The translations under genes and the position numbers were made by a program. From contig SVGQ01000003.1 of the NCBI GenBank assembly GCA_015056245.1, positions 2,689 to 66,688 of the forward strand: 64,000 nucleotides of DNA, written 5' to 3'. Below, piece by piece: positions 18,901-26,543 of this stretch. Source of the DNA: Clostridiales bacterium (GTDB lineage Bacteria > Bacillota > Clostridia > Christensenellales > Aristaeellaceae). Numbering within the stretch: the first letter of the stretch is position 1; each line of letters begins with the position of its first letter. The notes below the pieces were generated by a model. That model did not search any database. It had not been told where the DNA came from and saw only the letters and a program-made list of their open reading frames with translations.

Positions 18901-19057
18901 CAGAAATTTCATGATGACGAACTTTGGTTATCAGCTTGATGAGAATTTCTTCAACAAGGCACAAGCTGTCATCCATGAAGGCTCTCTTCCTCAAGCTGCG
19001 GCTGCGATCTTCCGCACACTGCTGACCACGATTGGAAGCAGACATTTCCAAGATTGA
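15935..19057 (+). CDS. Large Hsp70/actin-fold ATPase-domain protein (1,040 aa) with a novel ~470-aa N-terminal region
   Basis: AAGGAG lies upstream of ATG 15935. VDFGTTNT (aa 484-491) is the phosphate-1 motif, LLMDIGGGSVDVS (aa 699-711) is phosphate-2, and IMMGGNGSR (aa 858-866) is the adenosine motif. They occur in the canonical order and spacing. Confidence 0.8.
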   Translation: MAKKKDTQSQYITKSMLPETNGFITWPANVTNNTFNHLGNTHTLDTLRKTLPGKITNEAIIPNMLMPAYRLESRMRCNDQAEAQSALQDERVKEWLRVLCAVLFNDDDHMQCHELNLKNVLHDSAYPMIIRVLAKTLIETGNSNPTFKLFKQRTGPGPDDFKPVAFTYSGLRIGVCPVVELNPDDFSGVQNDPQGWLSCDDPIEYLKRPQNAACRARIDDYLTYTNIGNGTHSYEVFEEEYRIICDEIRSQLAPADGTKAAFFPLRIKDSVKGKPPISYIHWFTDSILCVSCDQTGEGVLSVPDKDFKCVLPIKSLCIGEGGNINEVCNSASVNVMGDDLIVSFTYNNSFNQRRYTPDKQISCIGDENPLGSVMLWPNKTCSEWDRYFSYLSNNCLGRPEMDLDPFSMEVYDGTIWHTQTTGFRRMQREENNITQNFVFDYVIETNVFPSAISLKRRNEELGMLVPTVSALPPVPDGAKGQLGVDFGTTNTIAYFHSDKVDPEVVAISDSRKVLLQDRSKVSDSNTLLSFLFAPDTHTGSNIPFKTAVQVFPAPQAKAFLNAIAPLQYRVDLNENMRELLSLDDDLKWPDDMAAATNPTNSVAFLEYVMLLWLWEVRKKYNVLPNRYVYTYPGAMDVGFIQNLTNSVLQRMPARYAAGGYSVDYATEASVVINFLEDNSVLGKYASKGLSWVDSEVGYLLMDIGGGSVDVSLWQGSKHNVALCTELSLSAFAGNRIQLEQVYPAGANRPQLNLLAEIMGYSKDQLENSKNISDAVAFYQFAKGDAVHLNAFRQQWTAHIDTVRQGMENRAYDSKAPMRGKYRKTLEMYFHFMFFLNGYVYGQALQDGRLKLVPGTFAIMMGGNGSRMYDLCGSNSADSELFDKANIQMFAHGMRYAGYEGTLAGVEVAVVPSIMHKHEVAYGASKFVQPPVKALPVGKAFSLTSFSDEPVATSATPAWLNVEEAAIIRPKAKEFFLHYLDGLNKVRENGRNFMMTNFGYQLDENFFNKAQAVIHEGSLPQAAAAIFRTLLTTIGSRHFQD

Positions 19058-19126
19058 CGATAAGCCCTTACCATTCACAATGCAGACCCGGTTATTTCCG
19101 GGTCTGCACATATTGGAGGTGAAACC

Positions 19127-20068
19127 GTGGTGGATTTGCATTATGATGTGCCAATGGTTCTTCTGCCCGAGCAGATGATCGCAAATGGAGAAGTTTGGGA
19201 TGCCTTTCAGGAAGTCCAGATCAAGCTTGCACAACAGGGTTCATTGATTGAAACAGAGTTTTTAGATCAACAAAACGCTATTCAGACAGCCCATACGCAA
19301 GTGATGCAGGGTCTGGAGCTGCAAAATCAGCAGCTGGAGAAACAACACCTGTTCAATAAGGTCAATGTTGGCCTGTTGGGTGCTGTTTTGCTGTTTGCCA
19401 TCATTCAGGTTATCATAACTGCCATTCAGAACAGCAAGATCCGCAAGATGCGGGAAACAATCGACCGACTGGATGAAGTGAATCGTTGGTATGCCAGTTG
19501 TCAGGAACAGCAGGAGAAAGCACAGAATGCGATTTGGAATAAGCTCTGTGCTGTTGGCGACCAGACTGTCTCTACATCAAGAGCAATACATGAAGTAAAA
19601 TTGATGCTGCAAGAGCGGCCCAACCCCATTTCAGAAAAAACCGATGACCCGCCACCGACTATTCCCCAGCCTCCCAAGCCTCCGCTTCATACAGCGTTAT
19701 CTCAAATGCTGATACAGGTTGCAGCAAGTCAAAGCGAAGGCTGGGGAGCGAAGGTTGAAGCATATTTGGCAAATGAATATCACCTGAATATCGGTTACTA
19801 TCGTCGGCGTGATCCATCAGGTAACCTGTATCGGGGAGTTGTTGAATTGGTTGACGATGATAAAGCACCATTCTTTGGTGTGGCTACCGATGGTCGTTTA
19901 CTATTATTGCCAAACAAAGCCTACTTGAATGCATTGGCTATTTGTGCTGGAGAATTCTTCAATGGTTATGAAACCGCTAGTGGTGGCATTTCCAGTATGA
20001 ATTGTGCAGTATTAAACAAAGATGGGGACTTTTGGCGACTTGTCAGTCCTGGCAGTATCAATCAATAA
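19127..20068 (+). CDS. Bitopic coiled-coil membrane protein with a Pro-rich linker and a C-terminal globular domain (313 aa)
   Basis: GTG start at 19127 with GGAGG about 8 nt upstream. Gln/Glu-rich heptad-like segments flank one TM helix (VNVGLLGAVLLFAIIQVIITAI). A DDPPPTIPQPPKPP linker is followed by a ~120-aa domain of unknown family. Confidence 0.7.
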   Translation: MVDLHYDVPMVLLPEQMIANGEVWDAFQEVQIKLAQQGSLIETEFLDQQNAIQTAHTQVMQGLELQNQQLEKQHLFNKVNVGLLGAVLLFAIIQVIITAIQNSKIRKMRETIDRLDEVNRWYASCQEQQEKAQNAIWNKLCAVGDQTVSTSRAIHEVKLMLQERPNPISEKTDDPPPTIPQPPKPPLHTALSQMLIQVAASQSEGWGAKVEAYLANEYHLNIGYYRRRDPSGNLYRGVVELVDDDKAPFFGVATDGRLLLLPNKAYLNALAICAGEFFNGYETASGGISSMNCAVLNKDGDFWRLVSPGSINQ

Positions 20069-20129
20069 TACGATGGCTGGTTTGGTATGTTGTTAACTGC
20101 CATACCAGCCATTTTGTTAAGGAGTTATT

Positions 20130-21611
20130 ATGAAACGAGCAATACTGAAGTTGCTGATAGCCCTGCTACTGATTTCCTTGCTGACTTCTTGCACAATGGC
20201 TCAGCCAACAGGTATAGTGGATGACAACCTTTTAGGATTAAGGAATCAAACGCAAGAACCATATACTGGTATGTTCTCCAATCCATACGCTCCGGTTACA
20301 TCAACTCCACTTCCACAGGGGAGTCTGATGTTTGTTGATGTGGATGAAGCAAATGCGCTCAGAGCGGAACGTGAAGAAAGAAAGCATGACCCATTCCTGT
20401 TCGTTGAGATGCCTGAGCCTATTGTCATTGACAAACCGACAGATACACCTCCGCCGGTCTATGAAACGACACCCCCACCAGAAAAACCATCTACACCTAC
20501 GCCTGTGCCCAATAAAACAGAACCGTCAACGTACATTTTTGAACTTTGTGGTTCTGTCGGAACACGTTATGCCTATCAGCAATTAACGCAAAAACAAAAG
20601 GAATTATTCTCTGAGCTCTACGATGGGATTGTTGAGAATCAGGCATCCATCCAGATAAAGGGAACTTATCCTTATTCGGATTATATTCGTGTTTACCGAG
20701 CGATTAACTTCGATTGTCCAGAGCTATTCAATATCAAATGGCCCATGAAATGCTATGTATCTGCAAATTCAGTTGACGAATTTGTTTCTCGTGTTGAACC
20801 CCAATATTACATGAGCAATTCTGAGTACAAACAGCGTCTGGAAATAGTAATAGGAAAGATTAAGGGAATGTCTTCTGCGGCCAGTTTTGGTTCTACAGAT
20901 GTGGATCATGAGATCTATATACAGCGCTATCTGATTGAGAATGTTACATATGTACTTCAGGAAGACGCCCGAAGAGCAGATCGAGCGTATTTGGATGGCT
21001 ATGCCAAATGTGATGGATACTCTAATGCGACGATGTTAGCGCTTCGTTATTATGGAATCCCTTGCCTGAATATTACTGGTTGGACATATGAACAAGATGG
21101 AAAACGAGCTGATAATGCACATCAATGGAACATGGTTCAGCTCGGCGGTAATTGGTATCATCTCGATACAACTTGGAATGATCGTAATGGCAACTTCCCA
21201 TTTGTTCTTCAAACCTCTCAGAGCAAGCATGTGTATTTCTTGCCATATATGAATACTTCTGATGCACGGATGCTTCATAGAAGAACGGTTGATATGGAAA
21301 GCAATACATGGGATTTGCCAAAGGCCAACACAGAAACGTTATCATACTATAGGATGAATGGTTTGTCTGTTAGAAACACCGAGGACGCACGCAATAATTT
21401 GTCTTCACAGATTTCCAATATAGCTCAAAACGGTGGGGAATATGCGATTGCATATTTTGATAAACCCTCCGATGTCGATGCTTTTGTTTCTTCCGTTCAG
21501 TCCTTCATCAATGGTTGGAAAGGATGGAATAATGAAAGAATCAACAGATACTATTATAACTATTGGTCTGATATAGGTGTGATATATCTGTTTGATATGT
21601 CTTTCCGTTGA
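20130..21611 (+). CDS. Lipoprotein with a transglutaminase-like (Cys-His-Asp) core domain (493 aa)
   Basis: Lipobox LLTSC (Cys21) and a Pro/Thr-rich linker. The core YAKCDGYSNATMLALRYYGIPC...NAHQWNMVQLGGNWYHLDTTWND fits the transglutaminase-core triad (Cys294, His331, Asp346). Confidence 0.8.
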   Translation: MKRAILKLLIALLLISLLTSCTMAQPTGIVDDNLLGLRNQTQEPYTGMFSNPYAPVTSTPLPQGSLMFVDVDEANALRAEREERKHDPFLFVEMPEPIVIDKPTDTPPPVYETTPPPEKPSTPTPVPNKTEPSTYIFELCGSVGTRYAYQQLTQKQKELFSELYDGIVENQASIQIKGTYPYSDYIRVYRAINFDCPELFNIKWPMKCYVSANSVDEFVSRVEPQYYMSNSEYKQRLEIVIGKIKGMSSAASFGSTDVDHEIYIQRYLIENVTYVLQEDARRADRAYLDGYAKCDGYSNATMLALRYYGIPCLNITGWTYEQDGKRADNAHQWNMVQLGGNWYHLDTTWNDRNGNFPFVLQTSQSKHVYFLPYMNTSDARMLHRRTVDMESNTWDLPKANTETLSYYRMNGLSVRNTEDARNNLSSQISNIAQNGGEYAIAYFDKPSDVDAFVSSVQSFINGWKGWNNERINRYYYNYWSDIGVIYLFDMSFR

Positions 21612-21712
21612 GTATGTGGCATAGGCAAACAATGACGATTTTTGTTTGCCTATTCATAGCCATAAAAGACTCGATTGTAATTTGTGTATGGCCATTACTA
21701 GGAGGATATTTG

Positions 21713-22177
21713 ATGAAAAAGTTTCTGACGATAATCCTGATAAGTATTCTTCTCTTCTGCTTGACATCCTGTACTCCGGTTAAGCCAGGTTATGATCTGC
21801 GCCATGAACCAGCTGGTCTTGTTGGAAAATGGAAATGCAACGATATGAATCAATTGGCAGGTGTAATGTTTGATTTCGCCGATGGCTTGTCAGGACTAGA
21901 TGTGTTTGGTACTTTGGGCGATGCAGTAGATATTTCTGTAGAGTTGACATTTTTTCAAAATGGGACATACCAATTAGATATGGCAGTAATGATGCTGATT
22001 GTTGGTACAGAAACCGAAACGATGACAGGTACTTACTCTTGGCAGAATAATCAGCTTATTCTCGATGGAGAGATAGTGGACGCAACGCTGAATGGCAATA
22101 AGCTGACTCTTACCTCACACACGCCAGATAGGTATGTCGTACGACTTGAATTTGAGCGTGAGGACAGGTATATATAA
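21713..22177 (+). CDS. Small lipoprotein, lipocalin-like (154 aa)
   Basis: AGGAGG lies upstream of ATG 21713. The signal is MKKFLTIILISILLFCLTSC (lipobox LTSC). The fold is beta-rich, ending ...LILDGEIVDATLNGNKLTLTSHTPDRYVVRLEFERED. Confidence 0.75.
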   Translation: MKKFLTIILISILLFCLTSCTPVKPGYDLRHEPAGLVGKWKCNDMNQLAGVMFDFADGLSGLDVFGTLGDAVDISVELTFFQNGTYQLDMAVMMLIVGTETETMTGTYSWQNNQLILDGEIVDATLNGNKLTLTSHTPDRYVVRLEFEREDRYI

Positions 22178-22287
22178 TCGGCTTTTTTGATGGGAAGGTA
22201 GTGAATGCAGCGCTGAATGGCAATAAGTTGACTCTTACCTCCCATACGTTAGAGGGTATGTCGTATGACTTAAGTTTGACCGAGTGG
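22064..22287 (+). repeat. Direct ~100-nt duplication spanning a gene junction
   Basis: 22064-22163 and 22189-22287 align at about 80% identity in frame (DGEIVDATLNGNKLTLTSHTPDRYVVRLEF versus DGKVVNAALNGNKLTLTSHTLEGMSYDLSL). Confidence 0.8.
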
Positions 22288-23139
22288 AATATTGGGGAGG
22301 ATGCATTCGTGAAAAATAAGAATAGAATCAATCATCCTAATCAGCATCAATTATGGGATATACAATCAGGTGTGCTCTATAATTGTTATGCCTCAGCAAG
22401 TCAGTTGATATTACCCGTCGAGATTCATACCATCGCCCGAAAAGCGTTTGAAAATGCTGATGCAGAATACATCTGTGTTCCAAGGCATGTGGCGCTTAGA
22501 CCTGGTGCTTTTGAAAGTAGCAAGTTCAAAGAAATCACATTGCCAGAAGGAATCACACGAATAGAGGATCAAACCTTTTTGGGCTGTGAAAACCTATACA
22601 AAGTGAATGGCATAGACTCCTTAACCTATATAGGTCGTTTTGCATTTGCAGGCTGCAAAAAAATCACACAGTGGAAAACAAATCAAGTAATGGATATGAT
22701 AGATGAAAACGCCTTTGCTGAGAGTGGTTTGATCAATCTGCAATTAAAATGCAGATTGATCGGGAGAAAAGCATTTGCAAATTGTGTATCTTTGGAGGAA
22801 GCTGTGCTTGAAGATACAATTGTGATTGATGATGCTGCTTTTGTGAAGTGTACATCATTGAATAAACTTCAGCTTAAAGAGCCGTTGTTAAGAATTGGTG
22901 ATCACGCCTTCAGAGAATGCAAGAACTTGATCAGTGTTGTACTGCCACAGAGTTTACAGGAGTGCGGATATAAAAGCTTCGCTGATATTCAGAATTTTCA
23001 TGTAAAAGCTCCTGAATATTTGAGGATTCTCTTAGAAGATGAACATATGGTTGGTAGACCAGAAAATGATTTCAAAGATCAATATTATGAAGGTTTCCAC
23101 AGGGTTTTTGATCATTCCGCCAATATTCAGTATACATAA
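22201..23139 (+). CDS. BspA-type leucine-rich-repeat (LRR_5-like) protein; start uncertain (GTG 22201 or ATG 22258)
   Basis: Repeats are of the type IARKAFENA...ITLPEGITRIEDQTFLGCENL...LTYIGRFAFAGCKKI. There is no signal peptide. The first ~25 codons duplicate the 3' end of the preceding gene. Confidence 0.7.
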   Translation: MNAALNGNKLTLTSHTLEGMSYDLSLTEWNIGEDAFVKNKNRINHPNQHQLWDIQSGVLYNCYASASQLILPVEIHTIARKAFENADAEYICVPRHVALRPGAFESSKFKEITLPEGITRIEDQTFLGCENLYKVNGIDSLTYIGRFAFAGCKKITQWKTNQVMDMIDENAFAESGLINLQLKCRLIGRKAFANCVSLEEAVLEDTIVIDDAAFVKCTSLNKLQLKEPLLRIGDHAFRECKNLISVVLPQSLQECGYKSFADIQNFHVKAPEYLRILLEDEHMVGRPENDFKDQYYEGFHRVFDHSANIQYT

Positions 23140-23154
23140 TAAGGAGTATGAACG

Positions 23155-24231
23155 ATGAGTGAAACATATCAAATAAAGGATAATACTCTTGTTGGTTATC
23201 CTGATCATGAAAATGTCATCGTGATTCCTGATGGTATACATGCTATTGAATCCTATCTTTTCGACGATTCCTGTATCTCATATCTTGCTATGCCAGAATC
23301 AGTGAAAACGTTGGGAGTACAAACATTTTGTTGGTGCGATCGTTTGTGCATTATCGATTTTTCAAAACATATCAAGCGTCTGGAACGTGATGTATTCAAT
23401 TCGATTGCTGCGTATAGACTTAATCCTACCGAAAGCCTGGTCTATATTGGAAATGCAGCATTTCAAGGCAGTTTGTCACTCCTGTTTTTTCAATTTCCTG
23501 ATAATGTCATATTCATAGCTGATAGAGCATTCCATCATTGTGTTTCTATGCGTTATGTTACATTTGGTAATCAACTGAAATACATTGGAGAAAATGCATT
23601 TTCCAGCACTGCACTAGAGTATCTTTATCTTCCTGAAAGTCTAATTAGCATAGGGCGATATGCATTTGCGGATTGTGAAAATCTTTGTTGGGTTACACTA
23701 AAAGAAGGATTGCTGAGTATAGACGAAGCTGCTTTTCGTGGCTGTGTTTCCTTGAAATGTATAGAGATCCCCGATAGTGTGGTATCAATTTCGAAAAGAG
23801 CTTTTACTGATTGTGATTCGCTTGAAATTGTAGAGCTTCCTGAAAAGTTTAAGAATGTGAGCATGAAAGATGTTTTTCCCTTTCATACCAAAATCGTCTT
23901 TCGAAATAAAACAGGTGAAAGTAGAGTGCAAAAAGGGCGGCATACAAATGACATCAAATTGATCGAAAGCCAATTGCATGAAAACGAAAACGAGATGGTG
24001 TTTGGAACTGCCGAGTCATCTTATGCAATGGGATGCTATTATCTTTTTGTAAAACAAGATGAAAAAAAGGCAAAAGCACATATGGAGCAGGCGGCTGCAC
24101 AAGGATTTGCGAAAGCACATTATCAATTGTATTTTCTTGATAAATCTCAAAACAAAAGAGTTCATTTACTACGTGCGGCTACATTGGGATGCGAAAAAGC
24201 AGTGTATGAACTAATCAAGTTGCTTGGTTAG
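23155..24231 (+). CDS. BspA-type LRR protein with C-terminal Sel1/TPR-like repeats (358 aa)
   Basis: AAGGAG lies upstream of ATG 23155. LRR_5-like repeats are present (IGNAAFQGSLSL..., IGENAFSSTALEYLYLPESLISIGRYAFADCENL...). The tail AMGCYYLFVKQDEKKAKAHMEQAAAQGFAKAHYQLYFL is Sel1-like. Confidence 0.8.
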   Translation: MSETYQIKDNTLVGYPDHENVIVIPDGIHAIESYLFDDSCISYLAMPESVKTLGVQTFCWCDRLCIIDFSKHIKRLERDVFNSIAAYRLNPTESLVYIGNAAFQGSLSLLFFQFPDNVIFIADRAFHHCVSMRYVTFGNQLKYIGENAFSSTALEYLYLPESLISIGRYAFADCENLCWVTLKEGLLSIDEAAFRGCVSLKCIEIPDSVVSISKRAFTDCDSLEIVELPEKFKNVSMKDVFPFHTKIVFRNKTGESRVQKGRHTNDIKLIESQLHENENEMVFGTAESSYAMGCYYLFVKQDEKKAKAHMEQAAAQGFAKAHYQLYFLDKSQNKRVHLLRAATLGCEKAVYELIKLLG

Positions 24232-24299
24232 TAGTAGTTATTGAATAAGCAGCTCGTTCTTCCGATGCAGAAAGATTCGATTATCAGACACATAAAAAT

Positions 24300-24332
24300 C
24301 CCTTTAACCTGATGGGTTTAGAGGGCTTTTTA
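24300..24332 (+). terminator. Rho-independent terminator at the end of the 10-gene cassette
   Basis: CCCTTTAA (24300-24307) pairs with TTAGAGGG (24318-24325), including one G-U pair, and is followed by CTTTTTA. Confidence 0.6.
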
Positions 24333-24496
24333 TGTATCATAGGTTTATTAGGTTTTCTTTTTTGATGATGCGCATGTGGTGTATTGTCAGTTTAGCAGAT
24401 TATTCTTAGTATTCGCAACAAAGTCTTAATTTACCTTGACAAACATTCACCCGGCAGGCGCCTGAGGCCCCTGCACCCCACTCGTTATGAAGATGA

Positions 24497-24540
24497 AAAG
24501 CGCAGGACTGCTTCCTCTGGAAGCGGTGCCTGCGCTTTTT
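24497..24540 (-). terminator. Terminator of the small minus-strand gene (bidirectional shape)
   Basis: AAAAGCGCAGG (24497-24507) pairs with CCTGCGCTTTT (24529-24539). Confidence 0.65.
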
Positions 24541-24545
24541 GCTTA

Positions 24546-24839
24546 TTATAGCTTTTGCAGCCGGAGGAAAGCGTCGTAGGTGGCTTCTTCCACCTGAGAA
24601 AGCCATGTAGCGGGGGCGCTGTCCTTGCGGTGATAGATCAGGTGCATGGCTTCCACCAGCACATAGTAGGCATTGGCAGTGCAGTAGCCCTCCTGCGTAC
24701 GCGGGCAGGCGTAAATCAGGCTGCGCAGGGCGAACTGGTAGCGTTCCAGCTCGATGCAGGGGGTCAGGTCGCTGCGCTGGGAGAGCACGTCCCGCAAAAG
24801 CGTCAGTACCTGACGCTGAGCGGTTGTGGGCTGTTGCAT
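24546..24839 (-). CDS. Small hypothetical protein (97 aa)
   Basis: GGGAGGGGG RBS lies upstream of ATG 24839. Composition is ordinary compared with the Arg/Pro/Ala-rich overlapping ORFs 24406..25014 and 24555..24878. Confidence 0.6.
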   Translation of the reverse strand: MQQPTTAQRQVLTLLRDVLSQRSDLTPCIELERYQFALRSLIYACPRTQEGYCTANAYYVLVEAMHLIYHRKDSAPATWLSQVEEATYDAFLRLQKL

Positions 24840-25377
24840 GGTTCCCCCTCCCTTCCTGAGGATCTGCGGAAAGGGTAGTCGGCAGGGATGCCATCCTTGC
24901 GGCTGCGCTTACTCCGCCTTTGCATTTTAGCACGTTGCCGGGATAAAGTGCAAGAGAAGAGCGCGCAGGAAGGGATGGTTTCCGTGCAAAAAGCATTTTT
25001 TGTACAAAGCGCACCCTTATCGAAAACCATTTCGATAAGGAATCACCTGACAGAAAATAACAGACGCTGCAATAGTCGTTTGGGAAGCTTCACAGCAATA
25101 CTATATAATGAAGAAACTCGTTTGGAGTATACACGTTCCTTTGCGAAAAAGCGAAAATATACAACGCTGTATGACTGGTGAATGGCGTTGCGGATATGAT
25201 GGTTTCTGTCTGCAAACGATAACAGCTAAATAGCAAGCGTTTTTCTTTTCGAAGAAGGGTTCCCAGTGCGGCAACAGTAGCATATTCCGAAAATGCAACC
25301 ATCCATAACATGAATGTTGCTTTTGGTTGGTTGACCTTCCATTTTCCATGTTGCATACTATAGGAGAGGTGAGAAAC

Positions 25378-25806
25378 ATGATCCGGATGGTGAATCAACT
25401 CAAACTGATGCGGTCCCGCAAGGGAATGACGCAGGAGGAAGTGGCGGAACAAGTGGGGGTCTCCCGTCAGGCGGTTGCCAAATGGGAAAAGGGCGATACC
25501 CTGCCCGATGTGGAAAGCTGCGTGAAACTGGCAGATCTGTACGGCGTGCCGCTGGATATGCTGGTGCGTGGTTTAAAGGAAGAGGACCAGAGCGCAGAGG
25601 GGCAGAAGATGTTCGGCTGCGTGAAAATGAATGATAAGGGCCAGATCACCCTGCCGGTGCAGGTTCGGGAGACTTTCGGACTGAAACCGGGCTGCATGGT
25701 GCTGGTGCTGGCGGATACGGAACGGGGCATCGCGCTGGTGAATATGGGCGCAATGGAAGGCGATATGCCTATGGGCGGCGGAGCCCCCACGAAAGCTGAG
25801 GAGTAA
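25378..25806 (+). CDS. XRE-HTH regulator fused to an AbrB/SpoVT-like domain (142 aa)
   Basis: GGAGAGG lies upstream of ATG 25378. The HTH is KGMTQEEVAEQVGVSRQAVAKWEKGDTLPDVESCVKLADLYGVPLDMLV. The C-terminal KMNDKGQITLPVQVRETFGLKPGCMVLVLAD is AbrB-like. Confidence 0.8.
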   Translation: MIRMVNQLKLMRSRKGMTQEEVAEQVGVSRQAVAKWEKGDTLPDVESCVKLADLYGVPLDMLVRGLKEEDQSAEGQKMFGCVKMNDKGQITLPVQVRETFGLKPGCMVLVLADTERGIALVNMGAMEGDMPMGGGAPTKAEE

Positions 25807-25808
25807 AC

Positions 25809-26543
25809 ATGAACGCGATTGAAACCAAGGGACTGACCAAGCGGTTTGGTCAAAAGACAGCAGTGGATCATATCGACCTGACGGTGGGGGAGGGTGAGTT
25901 GTTCGCCCTGCTGGGCGTGAACGGCGCGGGCAAAACCACCACCATCCGCATGCTCAGCGGGCTGAGCGCACCCACGGAAGGGCAATGCAGCGTTTGCGGG
26001 AAAGATTGCGTCGCTGAGAAAGCACAGGTGAAAGGCATGATCGGGCTGTCGCCTCAGGATACGGCGGTGGCAGAAAACCTGACGGTGCTGGAGAATCTGC
26101 ATTTTATGGCGCAGGTGCACGGCTTGAAGGGCGATAGCAAGCAGCAGCGTGTCCAGGAGATGATCCGTCAATTCCGAATGGAGGAAGTACTGAGCAGCAG
26201 AGCCAAGACCCTGTCCGGCGGCTGGAAGCGCAAGCTGTCCATCGCCATGGCGCTGATCAGCCAGCCCCGTGTATTGTTTCTGGACGAGCCCACCCTGGGC
26301 CTTGATGTGCTGGCCCGGCGGGAATTGTGGCGGGTGATCGAAAGCCTGAAGGGCAAGGTGACTGTGCTGCTGACCACCCATTACATGGAGGAAGCGGAGC
26401 AGCTGGCAGACCGGATCGCAGTGATGATCGGGGGCCGTATCGCTGCCATGGGCACATTGACGGAGCTGGAGCAGCTCACCGGCAAAACCGGTCTGGAAGA
26501 GTGCTTCGTCACCATAGCGGAAGGAGGGATGGAGAATGCATAA
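25809..26543 (+). CDS. ABC transporter ATP-binding protein (244 aa)
   Basis: Walker A is GVNGAGKTT, the signature is LSGGWKRKLS and Walker B is VLFLDEPTLGLD. Confidence 0.95.
   Translation: MNAIETKGLTKRFGQKTAVDHIDLTVGEGELFALLGVNGAGKTTTIRMLSGLSAPTEGQCSVCGKDCVAEKAQVKGMIGLSPQDTAVAENLTVLENLHFMAQVHGLKGDSKQQRVQEMIRQFRMEEVLSSRAKTLSGGWKRKLSIAMALISQPRVLFLDEPTLGLDVLARRELWRVIESLKGKVTVLLTTHYMEEAEQLADRIAVMIGGRIAAMGTLTELEQLTGKTGLEECFVTIAEGGMENA

Larger units (their letters stand above)
7592..24450. mobile_element. AT-rich genomic island, a remnant of a serine-recombinase-type integrative element
   Basis: Composition drops abruptly near 7.55 kb and rises again near 24.45 kb (by eye). A truncated large serine recombinase sits at the left edge and a second small serine recombinase lies inside. 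No flanking direct repeats were found. Confidence 0.6.

Noticed and set aside
14348-19057. Interpreting the tubulin-like and actin-fold pair as a TubZ/ParM-type DNA partition module
   Set aside because: I saw no adjacent small DNA-binding adaptor gene and no centromere-like iterons. The actin-fold protein is 1,040 aa with large extra domains. The genes are embedded among exported and membrane proteins. This is not excluded experimentally, but it does not fit the context.
24406-25014. 202-aa minus-strand ORF and 107-aa plus-strand ORF (24555..24878) overlapping the 97-aa gene
   Set aside because: Their composition is Arg/Pro/Ala-rich. Only the 24546..24839 frame has a strong RBS (GGGAGGGGG) and a protein-like sequence.
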